A DNA stretch of 64,000 nt from Candidatus Eiseniibacteriota bacterium (GTDB taxonomy: Bacteria; Eisenbacteria; RBG-16-71-46), in assembly GCA_963744995.1 (NCBI GenBank), contig CAVUWA010000005.1, positions 96,001 to 160,000 of the forward strand, in the 5' to 3' direction. The position numbers and the translations under genes are program-made. A model generated the notes under the pieces. That model had not been told where the DNA came from. It saw only the letters and a list, made by a program, of their open reading frames with translations, and searched no databases. Below are positions 1 to 9,571 of the stretch, piece after piece (positions within the stretch are counted from its first letter, which is position 1; each line of letters starts with the position of its first letter).

Positions 1-501
1 CTCGACGTAGACATAGCCTCCCATGTCGGTGTGTGCGCGACCGTCGCGGAAGACGGTGTACAGGCCCTGCCGGCGCATGACCGGCTGGCCGGGGATCACG
101 CCGTTCGCCTCCGCCGTGACCACGACGGCGGAAGGCACCGCGTCGCCGTAGCGGACGGGCAGCTGGAGGATCTGGATCGAGCCCGAGGTCATCGAGCCGA
201 TGGAGCGCTGCAACGGTCCGAGGACGGCGAGCGGTCCATCCGGAGCGAACGAGATTCTGACGTTCTGGAGATCGGCCCATGCATGAATCACCACTTTGGC
301 GTTCACGATGGCGCCTGGCGCGACGAGCGCATCGTCGACGCTCAGGTCGAGCTCGATCGGGTTGAGTTCCTTGAGAGGACCAGCGCAGCGGGATGCGTGC
401 GCCGAGGTGGCGTCGTGCGTGTCGGTCGGAGGCGGCGTGTCGAACGGCGACAGCGCCACGACCGAGGCGAGTGCGAGCGGTAGGAACGATCGGGAGTTCA
501 T
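1..501 (-). CDS. Secreted hypothetical protein, 5' part (runs off the window edge)
   Basis: Not in the ORF track; read by hand. ATG at 501 follows GGAGG and the frame is open to base 1 (MNSRSFLPLALASVVALSPF...GGYVYVE). The N-terminus looks like a signal peptide. Confidence 0.7.
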   Translation of the reverse strand, partial: MNSRSFLPLALASVVALSPFDTPPPTDTHDATSAHASRCAGPLKELNPIELDLSVDDALVAPGAIVNAKVVIHAWADLQNVRISFAPDGPLAVLGPLQRSIGSMTSGSIQILQLPVRYGDAVPSAVVVTAEANGVIPGQPVMRRQGLYTVFRDGRAHTDMGGYVYVE

Positions 502-1100
502 GAGGGGCCTCCGACGGGGGTTTCATGCTCGACGGGAAGATCGCCTTCACCAGCGCGGATGGGGGGCGCGGGCGCGGGCGCGGGGGATCACGCGCCGAAG
601 GGGTGGCGGTCAGAGGAGAAATGATGATGCCCATCGGCGACCTGATCATCGTGGGCTCCGCGTTGAGGTGCGGATTCCGTGCTCCGCCGCGTCCGGCGCA
701 GCACTTCGCGAGTCTAATGCGCCGTCGTGCCCGGGTCGAAGATCAATTGGATCTGCGCCGGAGAAACGCGACGAAGGTCCTCAGACGACGAGACGGACCA
801 CTCATGGAGTAACCACGAAAGAACGCGTCGAAACAGGTCATCGAGCCTCGGATTTTTCGGCGCGGTTCAGCAGCGGCAAACCCACCATTGCACTCCCGAG
901 CGCACGAGAACTTTCAGAACGACCTGCCGGGACTCGAGTTCCTTCCCCGCTCGCGGCCCAGCGGCCCCCGTAACACACGACGCGGCGTTCGATCTGAGCA
1001 ACCCGCAAGGTTCGGGTCCGGTTCGCGAAGGACGCGCCGGGTCGGCAGACGCACCTCCGGGGCGGGCGACGCCAGCGCCGGGGCAGGATCCGCCGCTGGC

Positions 1101-2258
1101 TCAGTGTCGCGCGGAGTTCACCGTGAACGCCGCGCCCGGATAGCCGACGAAGTGATAGAGGTTCGACGGGGCCGTGGGTGCCATGCCCACGTCCCCGAGC
1201 CCGAGCTCCGGTCCGCTGATGGACGTCGCGTACGCCACCGGCCAGCCGGTCGCGCCGCCCGCGCCGGCCGCCAGTCGCCTGAGCGTCAGCAGCCCCATCG
1301 GAATCGAGAAGCGCCCGCACCAGGTCCAGCGATAGGTGTCCGGATGATCCGGATCCACGAAGGTCCGATACAGCGTGCGGACCTTCGTGAGATCGAGCGG
1401 CCCGGCGAGCGGGCCGGTCAGAAGCCCGCGGTCCCTGGCGGTGGCATCCTCGTACGCTTTCACCCCGCCCGCGCCGAACGTGACCTGGGTGAAGTCCGGT
1501 CCGTAGTGGATGCCGTCGGCGGAAATCGCGATCGCCACGTCGCGTCCGAGTCGCCAGTCGCGCGCCTCGAGTTCCGCCGCGAGCGCCGCGCCGAGGTGGT
1601 CGGCGAGCGTCTCGAACCGTTCGAAGCTCGCGGCCGGCACCAGGATCGGCACGATCTCGACGTCCGGACGGAGGTGCCTGAGCCAGCACACCAGAGGCTC
1701 CAGCGAGTGTTCCATGTCGTGCGCCATGGCGCTTTGGGTCCAGTCTTCGCGCGGCAGCCGGCCGAGAATCGCCTCGCGCAGCGACGCCACCGGCACCTGC
1801 CCGTCCGGAGCGGTCCACTCGCCGTATGGATCGAATACCAGACGATCACGCTCCCCGACGCGCCAGTAGCCGTGGAACACGCCGAACAGCACGACGGTGC
1901 GAGCCGTGATCAGCGGCAGCACGCGCCGGTAGACGCGGCCCGCGAAGCTGAAGTCGTCGTGCGGGCAGATCACCGCCGCCACCCCGGGTTCGGGAGCCGG
2001 ACCGAGCGAGTCCGGCGCGGGGCCCTGCGCCGACCGCACCCAGACCGCCTGCATCTGCGTGGCGTGCAGTGCGTACGCGGTCGAATCGATGCGCCCGCGC
2101 ACCACGTCATGGGAGGGAACCGCCATCGCGTGGCGCACGGAGTCCGCAGACAGCGTGACATGCACGAGCGGCGTGGTGGTCTGCGCCTGCGCGGCGCTGC
2201 GTGCGAGCGTCAGGAGGACGATGGCGAACGCACAGAGGGTTCGAACCCGGCGGAACAT
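1101..2258 (-). CDS. Memo/AmmeMemoRadiSam protein B family protein with N-terminal signal peptide
   Basis: Motifs CPHDDFSFAG, LFGVFH, MEHSLE, SADGIHYG and TWCG match Memo-family blocks. Start MFRRVRTL follows CAGGAGG. Confidence 0.8.
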   Translation of the reverse strand: MFRRVRTLCAFAIVLLTLARSAAQAQTTTPLVHVTLSADSVRHAMAVPSHDVVRGRIDSTAYALHATQMQAVWVRSAQGPAPDSLGPAPEPGVAAVICPHDDFSFAGRVYRRVLPLITARTVVLFGVFHGYWRVGERDRLVFDPYGEWTAPDGQVPVASLREAILGRLPREDWTQSAMAHDMEHSLEPLVCWLRHLRPDVEIVPILVPAASFERFETLADHLGAALAAELEARDWRLGRDVAIAISADGIHYGPDFTQVTFGAGGVKAYEDATARDRGLLTGPLAGPLDLTKVRTLYRTFVDPDHPDTYRWTWCGRFSIPMGLLTLRRLAAGAGGATGWPVAYATSISGPELGLGDVGMAPTAPSNLYHFVGYPGAAFTVNSARH

Positions 2259-2373
2259 GCGAGCCTCCTGCGGAGAGTGTTCGGTGCCATGCCGACCGAA
2301 GACGTGGAACCTGCCGCACCCGGCCGGCGGCAGCCTGGATCCCGGCCGTGCGGGCACGTGAAGCGCGGCGCGC

Positions 2374-3894
2374 TCAACGGCCGGCAGGGTCCTCGCGCAG
2401 TTTCTGGCGCAGGATCTTCCCCGTCTCGCTCTTGGGCAGTACGTCGCGGAATTCGATCCGACTCGGGATCTTGAAGTCGGCGATGCGGCCACGACAATGC
2501 TCGAGGATCTCACGCTCGGTGCACGGCGCGCGCTGCACGATCGCGCAGCGGACGACGTCGTCGCCATGCGGGCCGGGCGCACCGTAGACCGCCACCTCGG
2601 CGACGCCGGCGTGGCTCGCGATCGCCTCCTCGACCTCGAGCGGGTTCACCTTGAAGCCGCCGCGGTTGATGAGGAACTTCTTCCGCCCGGTCAGCACCAG
2701 GCAGCCGTCCGGATTCGCGCGGCCCAGATCTCCCGAAAGGTAGAATCCGTCGCGGAAGCTGGACGCATTGGCCTCGGGGTTGCCATCGTAGCCGCGGATC
2801 GCCCCCGGGCTGGCGATCGTGATCTCGCCCTCGTCGCCGGGGGACACCGGCCGCCCGTGATCGTCGACGACCTCGATGCGCACGCCTTCGAGCGGACGGC
2901 CGACCGATTCGGCGCAGGTCGCCGGGTCCGGATGCGGGTTCACGCTGATCGTGCCGGTTTCGGTCGAGCCGTAGAGCTGCCGCACGCGGACGCCGTACTT
3001 CTCGTGGAAGCGCTCGTTGTCGGTGGGCAGCAGCGGGGCGCTCGCGGAGAACGCCACGCGCAGGCTGCCGAGATCCACGTTTCCGCGCACCGGAGTCTCG
3101 GCGAGCAGGACGAACATGTAGGGCACGCCGCCGAAGTAGGTGATGCGCGCTTCGGTGATCAGCGCGAGCGCGCCGCGCCGGTCGAACTGGCGCACCGGGT
3201 GGAGCGTGCCGCCGACGTACATCGAGGTGAGCATCGTGCGCACCAGGCCGTTCACGTGGGAGAACGGCGCCGCGCCCAGGAAGCGGTCCTCGGGCCCCAG
3301 TCCGAAGGTGCCCGCCAGACGCTCCAGCTCGAACAGCAGCTGGGCGTGCGTGCGCACCACGCGCTTGGGATTCCCGGTCGAACCCGACGTGTACTGGTGC
3401 ATGAGCGGCGCGTCCGCGGCCACGCCGGCGGACTCCGCAGGCACGGCGGCCGGCCCGGGCGCCGTGGCGCCCGGGCTCAGCACCGCGCAGACGCCGGCAT
3501 CGTCGAGCTGCACCAGGGCCGGGGGGCGCGGCATGCCGGCCAGCGCCTCGCGTGCCACCGCGGCGAGGTGCGGCGCCACGATCAGCGCGACCGCACCGGT
3601 GTCCCCCAGGTAGTAGACCAGCTCCTGCGTGCGGTAGCGCACGTTGAGCGGCGCCACCACGCCACCCGGCCGCACGATGCCGAAGTAGCCGGCGACGAAC
3701 GCGGCGGAATTGGGAATCATCAGGCCGACGCGCGCGCCGGGGCCGCAGCCGAGCGTCTCGAGCGCGCGCGATACGGTCTCCGAACGCCGCCTGAGCGTGT
3801 CGTAGGTGACGTCGCCGCCGGATTCGCGGACGGCGGTCTTCGACGCTGCGGCCGTCGCGTTGCCGTCGAAGACGTCCGCAAGGGATCGCGTCAT
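2374..3894 (-). CDS. AMP-dependent acyl-CoA/acyl-ACP ligase (ANL superfamily)
   Basis: Motifs YTSGSTGNPK, YGSTETG, SGDLG, GRKKFLINRGG and PKSETGKI. RBS GAGGAGG. Confidence 0.92.
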   Translation of the reverse strand: MTRSLADVFDGNATAAASKTAVRESGGDVTYDTLRRRSETVSRALETLGCGPGARVGLMIPNSAAFVAGYFGIVRPGGVVAPLNVRYRTQELVYYLGDTGAVALIVAPHLAAVAREALAGMPRPPALVQLDDAGVCAVLSPGATAPGPAAVPAESAGVAADAPLMHQYTSGSTGNPKRVVRTHAQLLFELERLAGTFGLGPEDRFLGAAPFSHVNGLVRTMLTSMYVGGTLHPVRQFDRRGALALITEARITYFGGVPYMFVLLAETPVRGNVDLGSLRVAFSASAPLLPTDNERFHEKYGVRVRQLYGSTETGTISVNPHPDPATCAESVGRPLEGVRIEVVDDHGRPVSPGDEGEITIASPGAIRGYDGNPEANASSFRDGFYLSGDLGRANPDGCLVLTGRKKFLINRGGFKVNPLEVEEAIASHAGVAEVAVYGAPGPHGDDVVRCAIVQRAPCTEREILEHCRGRIADFKIPSRIEFRDVLPKSETGKILRQKLREDPAGR

Positions 3895-3958
3895 GTCCTG
3901 CCTCCTCGTCGTCGGCGACGGCGCGGACACCGGGCCCGCCCGGCACCGCCCGATCGTC

Positions 3959-4219
3959 TCATGGGAGTCGCACCTCGATGAAGCGGATGAACGTACCGAC
4001 GGTCTGGAAGTGCTCCGGAAGGAGCTCGTCGTCGGCGACCGTCAGACCGAACTCCTCCTCCGCCGCCGCCACGAGCTGCAGCGCCTCGACCGAATCGAGG
4101 CCGATGCCCTGCCCGAGGAGCCCGGTGCCCTCGTGGATGCCATCGTCGCCCGCACCGAGCCCCAACCGCGTTTCGAGCAGGCGTGTCACGCGGGCCAGCA
4201 TGTCGTCTGTGGGTTGAAT
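3959..4219 (-). CDS. Acyl carrier protein
   Basis: GLDSVEAL phosphopantetheine motif, acidic, about 80 aa. Start is either ATG 4201 or ATT 4219, the latter just after AAGGAGGT. Confidence 0.88.
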   Translation of the reverse strand: MQPTDDMLARVTRLLETRLGLGAGDDGIHEGTGLLGQGIGLDSVEALQLVAAAEEEFGLTVADDELLPEHFQTVGTFIRFIEVRLP

Positions 4220-4289
4220 CGTCCGACCTCCTTCGTTTCCGTATGGGCCGCGCCCGCACGCCGGCATGCGAATCCCACACCCGTCTCCG

Positions 4290-5300
4290 CTACGCGCCGG
4301 GTGTCTCCATGCGCAGACGATACCAGCCGCTCCACAGCTGCGGGTGACGCCGGACACTGGCCTCGAGCAGCCGCGCATAGCGCAGCAGCAGGTCTTCCAC
4401 CGCGGCATGGCGATCGAGGGACGGTACGGGCTCCAGCGCGGGCTCCACCACCACGTCGAAGCGCGCCGGCCCGAGACGCACCACGAACAGCGGCAGCAGC
4501 GCCGCGCCGCTCGCCAGCGCCATGCTCGGCGCACCCGTCGCGAGCGCGAGCCGGCCGCCGGCCATCGGCACGTCGATCGTGCGGTGTCCCACGTCACCCA
4601 TCCGCAACGAGACCAGGCCGTTGTCGCGCAGGCGGCGATCGACCTGCCGCGCGTAGCCGAGGGCGCCGCCGCGCGGCATGACGATGCGTTCGCGCAGCGC
4701 GCGATCCTCGACGCGCGTCCGCAGCCGGCTCAGGAAGCGCATGCCGAAGCGCGTCGGTCGCCACACGTGGCAGCTGTTGGGCGAGAAGCCGCGCGAGAAC
4801 GCGCTCAGGTGACTGACCTCGAAGCCCTGCGCGTGGAGCGCCTTCTTGGACAGCAGATCGGCGTAGGAGAACGGGCACACCATGAGGATCGCGCCGTTGC
4901 CGCGAGCCAGGGCGGCCTCGATGTGCGCACGCCCCTGGAAGCGGATCTCGGGGCGCCAGCCTCCGGGCCGATATTCGCGCAGGATCTGCAGCCGCTCTTC
5001 CATGTAGGTCGCCATGATGCGAACCCGCAGCGCGAACAGCTCCCGGTTCGAAGGCTTTGGACCCAGCGAGCGCCGCAGGCGGGTCATGCGCCGCCGGGTC
5101 ACGTCGGGTCGTGCCGCCGCGATGGCGAAGCTCAGGACGCGGCTTGCGGCGACCCACAGGCGTTGCGGGACGAGCCACGACACCGGCGCCAGCACCGAGA
5201 TCGCGATCATCTCGAACACGTCGGACATCGAGAGCGCAGGGTCGGGCGCCGTGGCGGGCCGAGCTGCGGCGGCGCGGCGGGACTCCGGGATCGGGTTCAA
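4290..5300 (-). CDS. Lysophospholipid/lipid A (LpxL-like) acyltransferase family protein
   Basis: Motifs GRAHIEAALARGNGAIL, LATGAPSMALASGAALLP and VRRHPQLW. TTG start overlaps the upstream stop (TTGA). Confidence 0.75.
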   Translation of the reverse strand: MNPIPESRRAAAARPATAPDPALSMSDVFEMIAISVLAPVSWLVPQRLWVAASRVLSFAIAAARPDVTRRRMTRLRRSLGPKPSNRELFALRVRIMATYMEERLQILREYRPGGWRPEIRFQGRAHIEAALARGNGAILMVCPFSYADLLSKKALHAQGFEVSHLSAFSRGFSPNSCHVWRPTRFGMRFLSRLRTRVEDRALRERIVMPRGGALGYARQVDRRLRDNGLVSLRMGDVGHRTIDVPMAGGRLALATGAPSMALASGAALLPLFVVRLGPARFDVVVEPALEPVPSLDRHAAVEDLLLRYARLLEASVRRHPQLWSGWYRLRMETPGA

Positions 5301-6973
5301 CGGGACCTCGCCTTCTCGAGCACGGCCACCCCGTCGCCGGTCACGCGGTAGATCGTCGCGACCCGCCAGTCCGGGTCCGGCCTGAGCAGCGGACGGCCGC
5401 CGAAATAGTACCCGCCGCGGGTGGTGACCGGCAGTCGGAAGATGCCGCGCGAGCGCAGCGTGGCCACGGGGCGCAGGATCGAACGGTCGAGCCTGACGTC
5501 GGGATCGTCCACGAACAGCGGGATCACCAGCCAGTCGCCGGCATGCAGCGTGCTGCGGCCGGTCATGACCGGCCGCATGCCGCTCCGCGGCGCGTAGTAT
5601 TGAAAAGCACCGAAGTGATTGCCTACGTACCAGACCTGATCGGCGGCGCCGGAGCCCGCGCCACGCGCCCGCTCGATGGTCCGCAGGACGCGCTGCACGT
5701 CGTCCCTCTGTGCCCGGGCGTCGTCCACGTCCACCGCCCAGAAGCCAAGGCCGAAGACCACGGCGAAGGCTGCCGCGGCGCCGAGCAGCGCCATTCGCGC
5801 CGGCGCCCCGGCGGCGCGCCGCGCCGCGCATCGCGCGAGCAGCAGCGACGCCACCACCAGAACCCCCATCACCCGCCGCGCCGCCGGCGCCGTAGAGATC
5901 AAGAAGTAGCCGGCCAGCTCGAGCGAGAGCCAGAGCAGCAGGAAGCGGTCCAGCGGCTCGTGCCTGCGGCCGCTGCGCCACAGGACCACGCCCGCGATCG
6001 CGAAGATCGCGAGCGCGGCCGGTCCGAGCGTGGCGTTGTCGAAGTCGATGAAACGACCGCCGCTGATTCCGTCGAGCGCCGCCACGACGTGCTCGGGGAG
6101 CAGTGCGAACGCAGCGTAGCCGGCGGCCACCACGGTCATGGCGAGCACCGTGGCCCGGCGCGAAGCGCCGACGGCCGCCAGCCCGAGCGGCACGAGCCCG
6201 GCGGCCAGGACGCCGACGAAACGGAACAGCGGCACGACCAGGTCCAGGCGCGGGACCCCGCTCTCGCCGCGCTCCCGGCGCCCGAGGTAGTGAAGCACCG
6301 GCGTATCGCCATAGCGCAGGCCCATCAGCGCCTCCCAGCCCAGAGCGAGGAGCCCCGCCGCGACGCAGGCGGCGAGGGCGAGACGGACGCGCCGGGTCAC
6401 CAGCCCGTACGCGAGGATCACCGCCGGGGCGATCGCGCCGGTGTACTTGGTCTGGATCGCCAGCCCCGCCACGATCCCCGCGAGCACGGCGCCGCGCACG
6501 GAGTCGCGATCCGCGGCACGGGCGAACAGGGCGATCGCGCCGAGGCTCATGGCCAGGGCGGGGACGTCGATCATGAAGTTGAACCCGGGGAGCACCCAGG
6601 GCGAAAGCATGACGGTCCAGGTGAACGGCACCGCGACTCCGGGCGCGACACGAACCAGCAGGGCGTGCAGGGCGAACGCCAGCAGCAGCGCCCAGAGGAG
6701 CAGCCACAGCTTGAGGAGGACCACGTGGTTCCCGAGCAGACGCATGCCGGCGCCGAGCCAGTAGATCGACACGGGCGGCGCGTTGTTGTAGAGCGCGGGG
6801 CCGTACGCCTGGTAGGTGAACATCTCGCCGCCGTAGGGATTCAGCGGATTCTGCGCCACGTGCCGCGCGTGGAGCAGGTACGAGGGATCGTCCATGGTGA
6901 CCGGCTTGATGGCGTTGAGGAGCGTGAGCGAGAGCGCGGCGACGAAGAGATGGATTCGGGCGGACCGGGTCAT
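5297..6973 (-). CDS. ArnT/PMT-like (GT-C) integral membrane glycosyltransferase
   Basis: MDDPSY acidic loop after TM1, PP motif, GLAIQTKY and many TM helices. Confidence 0.78.
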   Translation of the reverse strand: MTRSARIHLFVAALSLTLLNAIKPVTMDDPSYLLHARHVAQNPLNPYGGEMFTYQAYGPALYNNAPPVSIYWLGAGMRLLGNHVVLLKLWLLLWALLLAFALHALLVRVAPGVAVPFTWTVMLSPWVLPGFNFMIDVPALAMSLGAIALFARAADRDSVRGAVLAGIVAGLAIQTKYTGAIAPAVILAYGLVTRRVRLALAACVAAGLLALGWEALMGLRYGDTPVLHYLGRRERGESGVPRLDLVVPLFRFVGVLAAGLVPLGLAAVGASRRATVLAMTVVAAGYAAFALLPEHVVAALDGISGGRFIDFDNATLGPAALAIFAIAGVVLWRSGRRHEPLDRFLLLWLSLELAGYFLISTAPAARRVMGVLVVASLLLARCAARRAAGAPARMALLGAAAAFAVVFGLGFWAVDVDDARAQRDDVQRVLRTIERARGAGSGAADQVWYVGNHFGAFQYYAPRSGMRPVMTGRSTLHAGDWLVIPLFVDDPDVRLDRSILRPVATLRSRGIFRLPVTTRGGYYFGGRPLLRPDPDWRVATIYRVTGDGVAVLEKARSR

Positions 6974-7173
6974 GCGGGTCACTCCGGGCCCAGGGGGCGG
7001 TGAGCGCGCCGCCGGCGGCCGGCGGTTATGATGGAGACGGTCCAGCTTAGGCAGTCCATGACGTCGTCGCAACGTGAAGGGATGGATGCGCAAGCACCGT
7101 GCGAGGCACGGGTGCGTCTGGTCCGCCCCCGGCGGCGGTTCTCATCCCGGGTCATCCGAAAAAGCGGGGGAAG

Positions 7174-8724
7174 GTGAAGGGACAGCCCGAGCGCGGCCGA
7201 TTCGGCAGGCGCATCATCACCAACACGATTCATGCCGCGAGCGGTCGCGTGGTCGCGCTGATCGTGTGGCTCGCCTACACGCCCTACCTGCTCTCGTCGC
7301 TCGGCGCCGAGCGGTTCGGCCTGTGGTCGCTGTTCTTCGCCATCACCGGAACGCTGGTGGCGTTCGACCTCGGCCTGTCACAGGCGACGCTGCGCCACGT
7401 GGCCGACGCTCATGCGCGGGGTGACGAGGAATCCGCGGGCGCCTTCGCGACGATCGCGGTGGTGGCGTTCGTCGTTCTGGGCCTCTTCTGGCTCGCGCTC
7501 GCCCTGCTGCTCGGGCATGCGCTGCCCGCGTGGCTGCGCTTCCCGACCGACGTTCGCGCGGATGCCGGCTTCGTGATCGTGAGCGGCGCGATCGTGTTCG
7601 CGATCATGGGCCTCGCGACGGTGACGATGGCCGTGGCGCAGGGCTACGGGCGCTTCGATCTGGCGAACGCGGCGATGCTCGCGGTCACGGCCCAGATCGC
7701 GATCGGCATTCCCGTGGTGCTCTCGCGCGGCTGGGGGCTCCGCGGCCTGGTGATGAACGTCGGCCTCGCCTGGCTCGTGGGCGGAGGCGTGGCCCTGGCG
7801 GCGGTGCATCACGCATTGCCGCACTTCCGCTTCGTCTCGCCGCTCGCGGCCCGCACCCGCCTGCGCGCAGCGCTCGCATTCGGCGGGCCGATGCAGCTGG
7901 CCGTCGCCGGCTACACCGCGCACCAGCATCTCGACAAGTTCCTGCTGGTTCCGATGGTCGCGCTGGCGGCCGTCACGCCCTACGAGCTCGGCTTCCGCGT
8001 ATCGAATGCGGCATTCTCGCTCGTGCAGCTCCTGCTGCTGGCGATCCTGCCCGCCGCGGCCTCACTCCACGCGCGACGGAAGCCCGAGTGGCTGTTCGAG
8101 CTGCACCAGCGCGGCGGACGTTACGTGCTGGCAGCGGCCGTGCTGCTGTTCACGCCGCTCGCGACCGCGGCGGACCGGCTGTTCGAAGCGTGGCTGGGTC
8201 CCGGCCATGGAGAGGCCGCCATGGTGCTGCGCGGCCTGGCCCTCGCATCGGCCGTCTTCGTGGCCGCAGGCGTGGCGACGAGCATCGCACGCGGCCTCGG
8301 TCGTACCCGTCTCGAGGCGTGGTTCTCGCTCACGATGCTCGCGACGCACGTCGTCCTCGCGGTGATCCTCATTCCCACCATGGGGCTCGCAGGGGCCCTG
8401 ATCGCCATGGTGACGAGCGCGCTGCTCGGCGTCGTCGTCTTCCTGTGGCGGTTCGCCGCCATGCTCGGGTGGCCCGTCCGCAAGACGCTGGTCGAACCGC
8501 ATGGCGTCCCGCTGCTCGCCGCGGGCGCGGGGGCGCTGGCCGGCGGTGCGGTGGATCGCTTCTGGCCGGGTGGCGCGTTCACGGGTCTCGTCGCCGTGCT
8601 CGCGGCGACTGCAGCCGTCTCGCTCTCGATCACGCTCGCGACGCGCTACGTGCGCTGGCAGGAGGTGCCCGGAATCCTCGCGCGCGGCGGCGTGCGGCCG
8701 TGGGGCGAGGGCGGATCGGGCTAG
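7174..8724 (+). CDS. Wzx-like oligosaccharide flippase (MOP superfamily)
   Basis: Motifs LGAERFGLWS, FDLGLSQA and HLDKFLL; about 14 TM helices. GTG start chosen by eye. Confidence 0.88.
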   Translation: MKGQPERGRFGRRIITNTIHAASGRVVALIVWLAYTPYLLSSLGAERFGLWSLFFAITGTLVAFDLGLSQATLRHVADAHARGDEESAGAFATIAVVAFVVLGLFWLALALLLGHALPAWLRFPTDVRADAGFVIVSGAIVFAIMGLATVTMAVAQGYGRFDLANAAMLAVTAQIAIGIPVVLSRGWGLRGLVMNVGLAWLVGGGVALAAVHHALPHFRFVSPLAARTRLRAALAFGGPMQLAVAGYTAHQHLDKFLLVPMVALAAVTPYELGFRVSNAAFSLVQLLLLAILPAAASLHARRKPEWLFELHQRGGRYVLAAAVLLFTPLATAADRLFEAWLGPGHGEAAMVLRGLALASAVFVAAGVATSIARGLGRTRLEAWFSLTMLATHVVLAVILIPTMGLAGALIAMVTSALLGVVVFLWRFAAMLGWPVRKTLVEPHGVPLLAAGAGALAGGAVDRFWPGGAFTGLVAVLAATAAVSLSITLATRYVRWQEVPGILARGGVRPWGEGGSG

Positions 8725-8972
8725 GCGACAGGTTTCGCGCCGCGCACGCGGCCACCGACGAACTGCCCGCCGAAGAACGCCGCGACCAGGAAAGGCACCG
8801 AGGAGAGGTGCCAGCCGATTCCCGAGGCGAGGCGCAGTGCGACGACCAGCGGAACCGGACTGTGCACCGCGAGAAACCACGCCCGCGAAAACTTCCTCAC
8901 CCCCGCGCGCCAGTAGCCGAACGGGAGGTTGAGAACGAAGACCCCGAGCGCCACCCACAGCAGTCTCGTCAT
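8721..8972 (-). CDS. Small membrane hypothetical protein
   Basis: 83 aa, hydrophobic (LNLPFGYWR...KFSRAWFLAVHSPVP...GQFVG), with coding-like codon usage. Confidence 0.75.
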   Translation of the reverse strand: MTRLLWVALGVFVLNLPFGYWRAGVRKFSRAWFLAVHSPVPLVVALRLASGIGWHLSSVPFLVAAFFGGQFVGGRVRGAKPVA

Positions 8973-9280
8973 GTTCTTCCCATGCTCCCCTTACCCGTCG
9001 TCCGGGCCATGCGCAGGATCCCATGGACCATCGGTCGTGGATCCTCGCTCGCCATGGCGATCCTCCACCGGCGCCCTTGCGCCCGCACCATCACGGGCGT
9101 TCCCGATGCGGTCGCGACCTCAGAGTAGCGGGACCGGCCGCGCTCGTCGATGCGTCGCTCGCCGCGCAGATCGTCGGACCCTGCCTCCGTGCGCACGCGG
9201 CCTCCCGTGATCGAGCTGCATCGGTCCTCTCCCACCGGACCGAGACACACCGGCGCGGCCCCTGCCGAAGCTGCATGCTC

Positions 9281-9294
9281 TGCGACATTTTGTC
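9281..9294. promoter_or_regulatory. Candidate upstream activator site (GACA-N3-TGTC palindrome)
   Basis: TGCGACATTTTGTC lies about 120-135 bp upstream of a sigma54-like promoter. Confidence 0.4.
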
Positions 9295-9414
9295 CGGGCG
9301 CGCCGCGACCCGGGGCGCCTTCTCGACGCAGCGCAGGTCGTGCGCGCCTTGCGAACGCTCGACGCCCCGTGCAGTTAGCCGTCGCTGCGTTCGGCGCCGG
9401 CGCGCCGGCGTCCG

Positions 9415-9430
9415 TGGCTCGTCTTATGCA
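9415..9430 (+). promoter_or_regulatory. Sigma54 (-24/-12) promoter candidate for the cytochrome/hybAB operon
   Basis: TGGCTCG-TCTT-ATGCA has the exact GG-N10-GC spacing; consensus is TGGCACG-N4-TTGCW. Confidence 0.65.
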
Positions 9431-9571
9431 GGATCCATACACACCGGAAGTGCGCCGCCGCTGGCGACGCGCCGACGGGAGCCAGGTGCGCCGTTCTCCG
9501 CCTGCCCGCTCGAGGATCCGCACGACGCTGCGGAGGCGGGCCGTCGTTTTTTCGAACGCGGAGTCGAGGAC

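Noticed and set aside
502..1100. Small ORFs or a riboswitch in this intergenic region
   Set aside because: No convincing RBS or protein-like sequence, and no RNA motif that I recognise.
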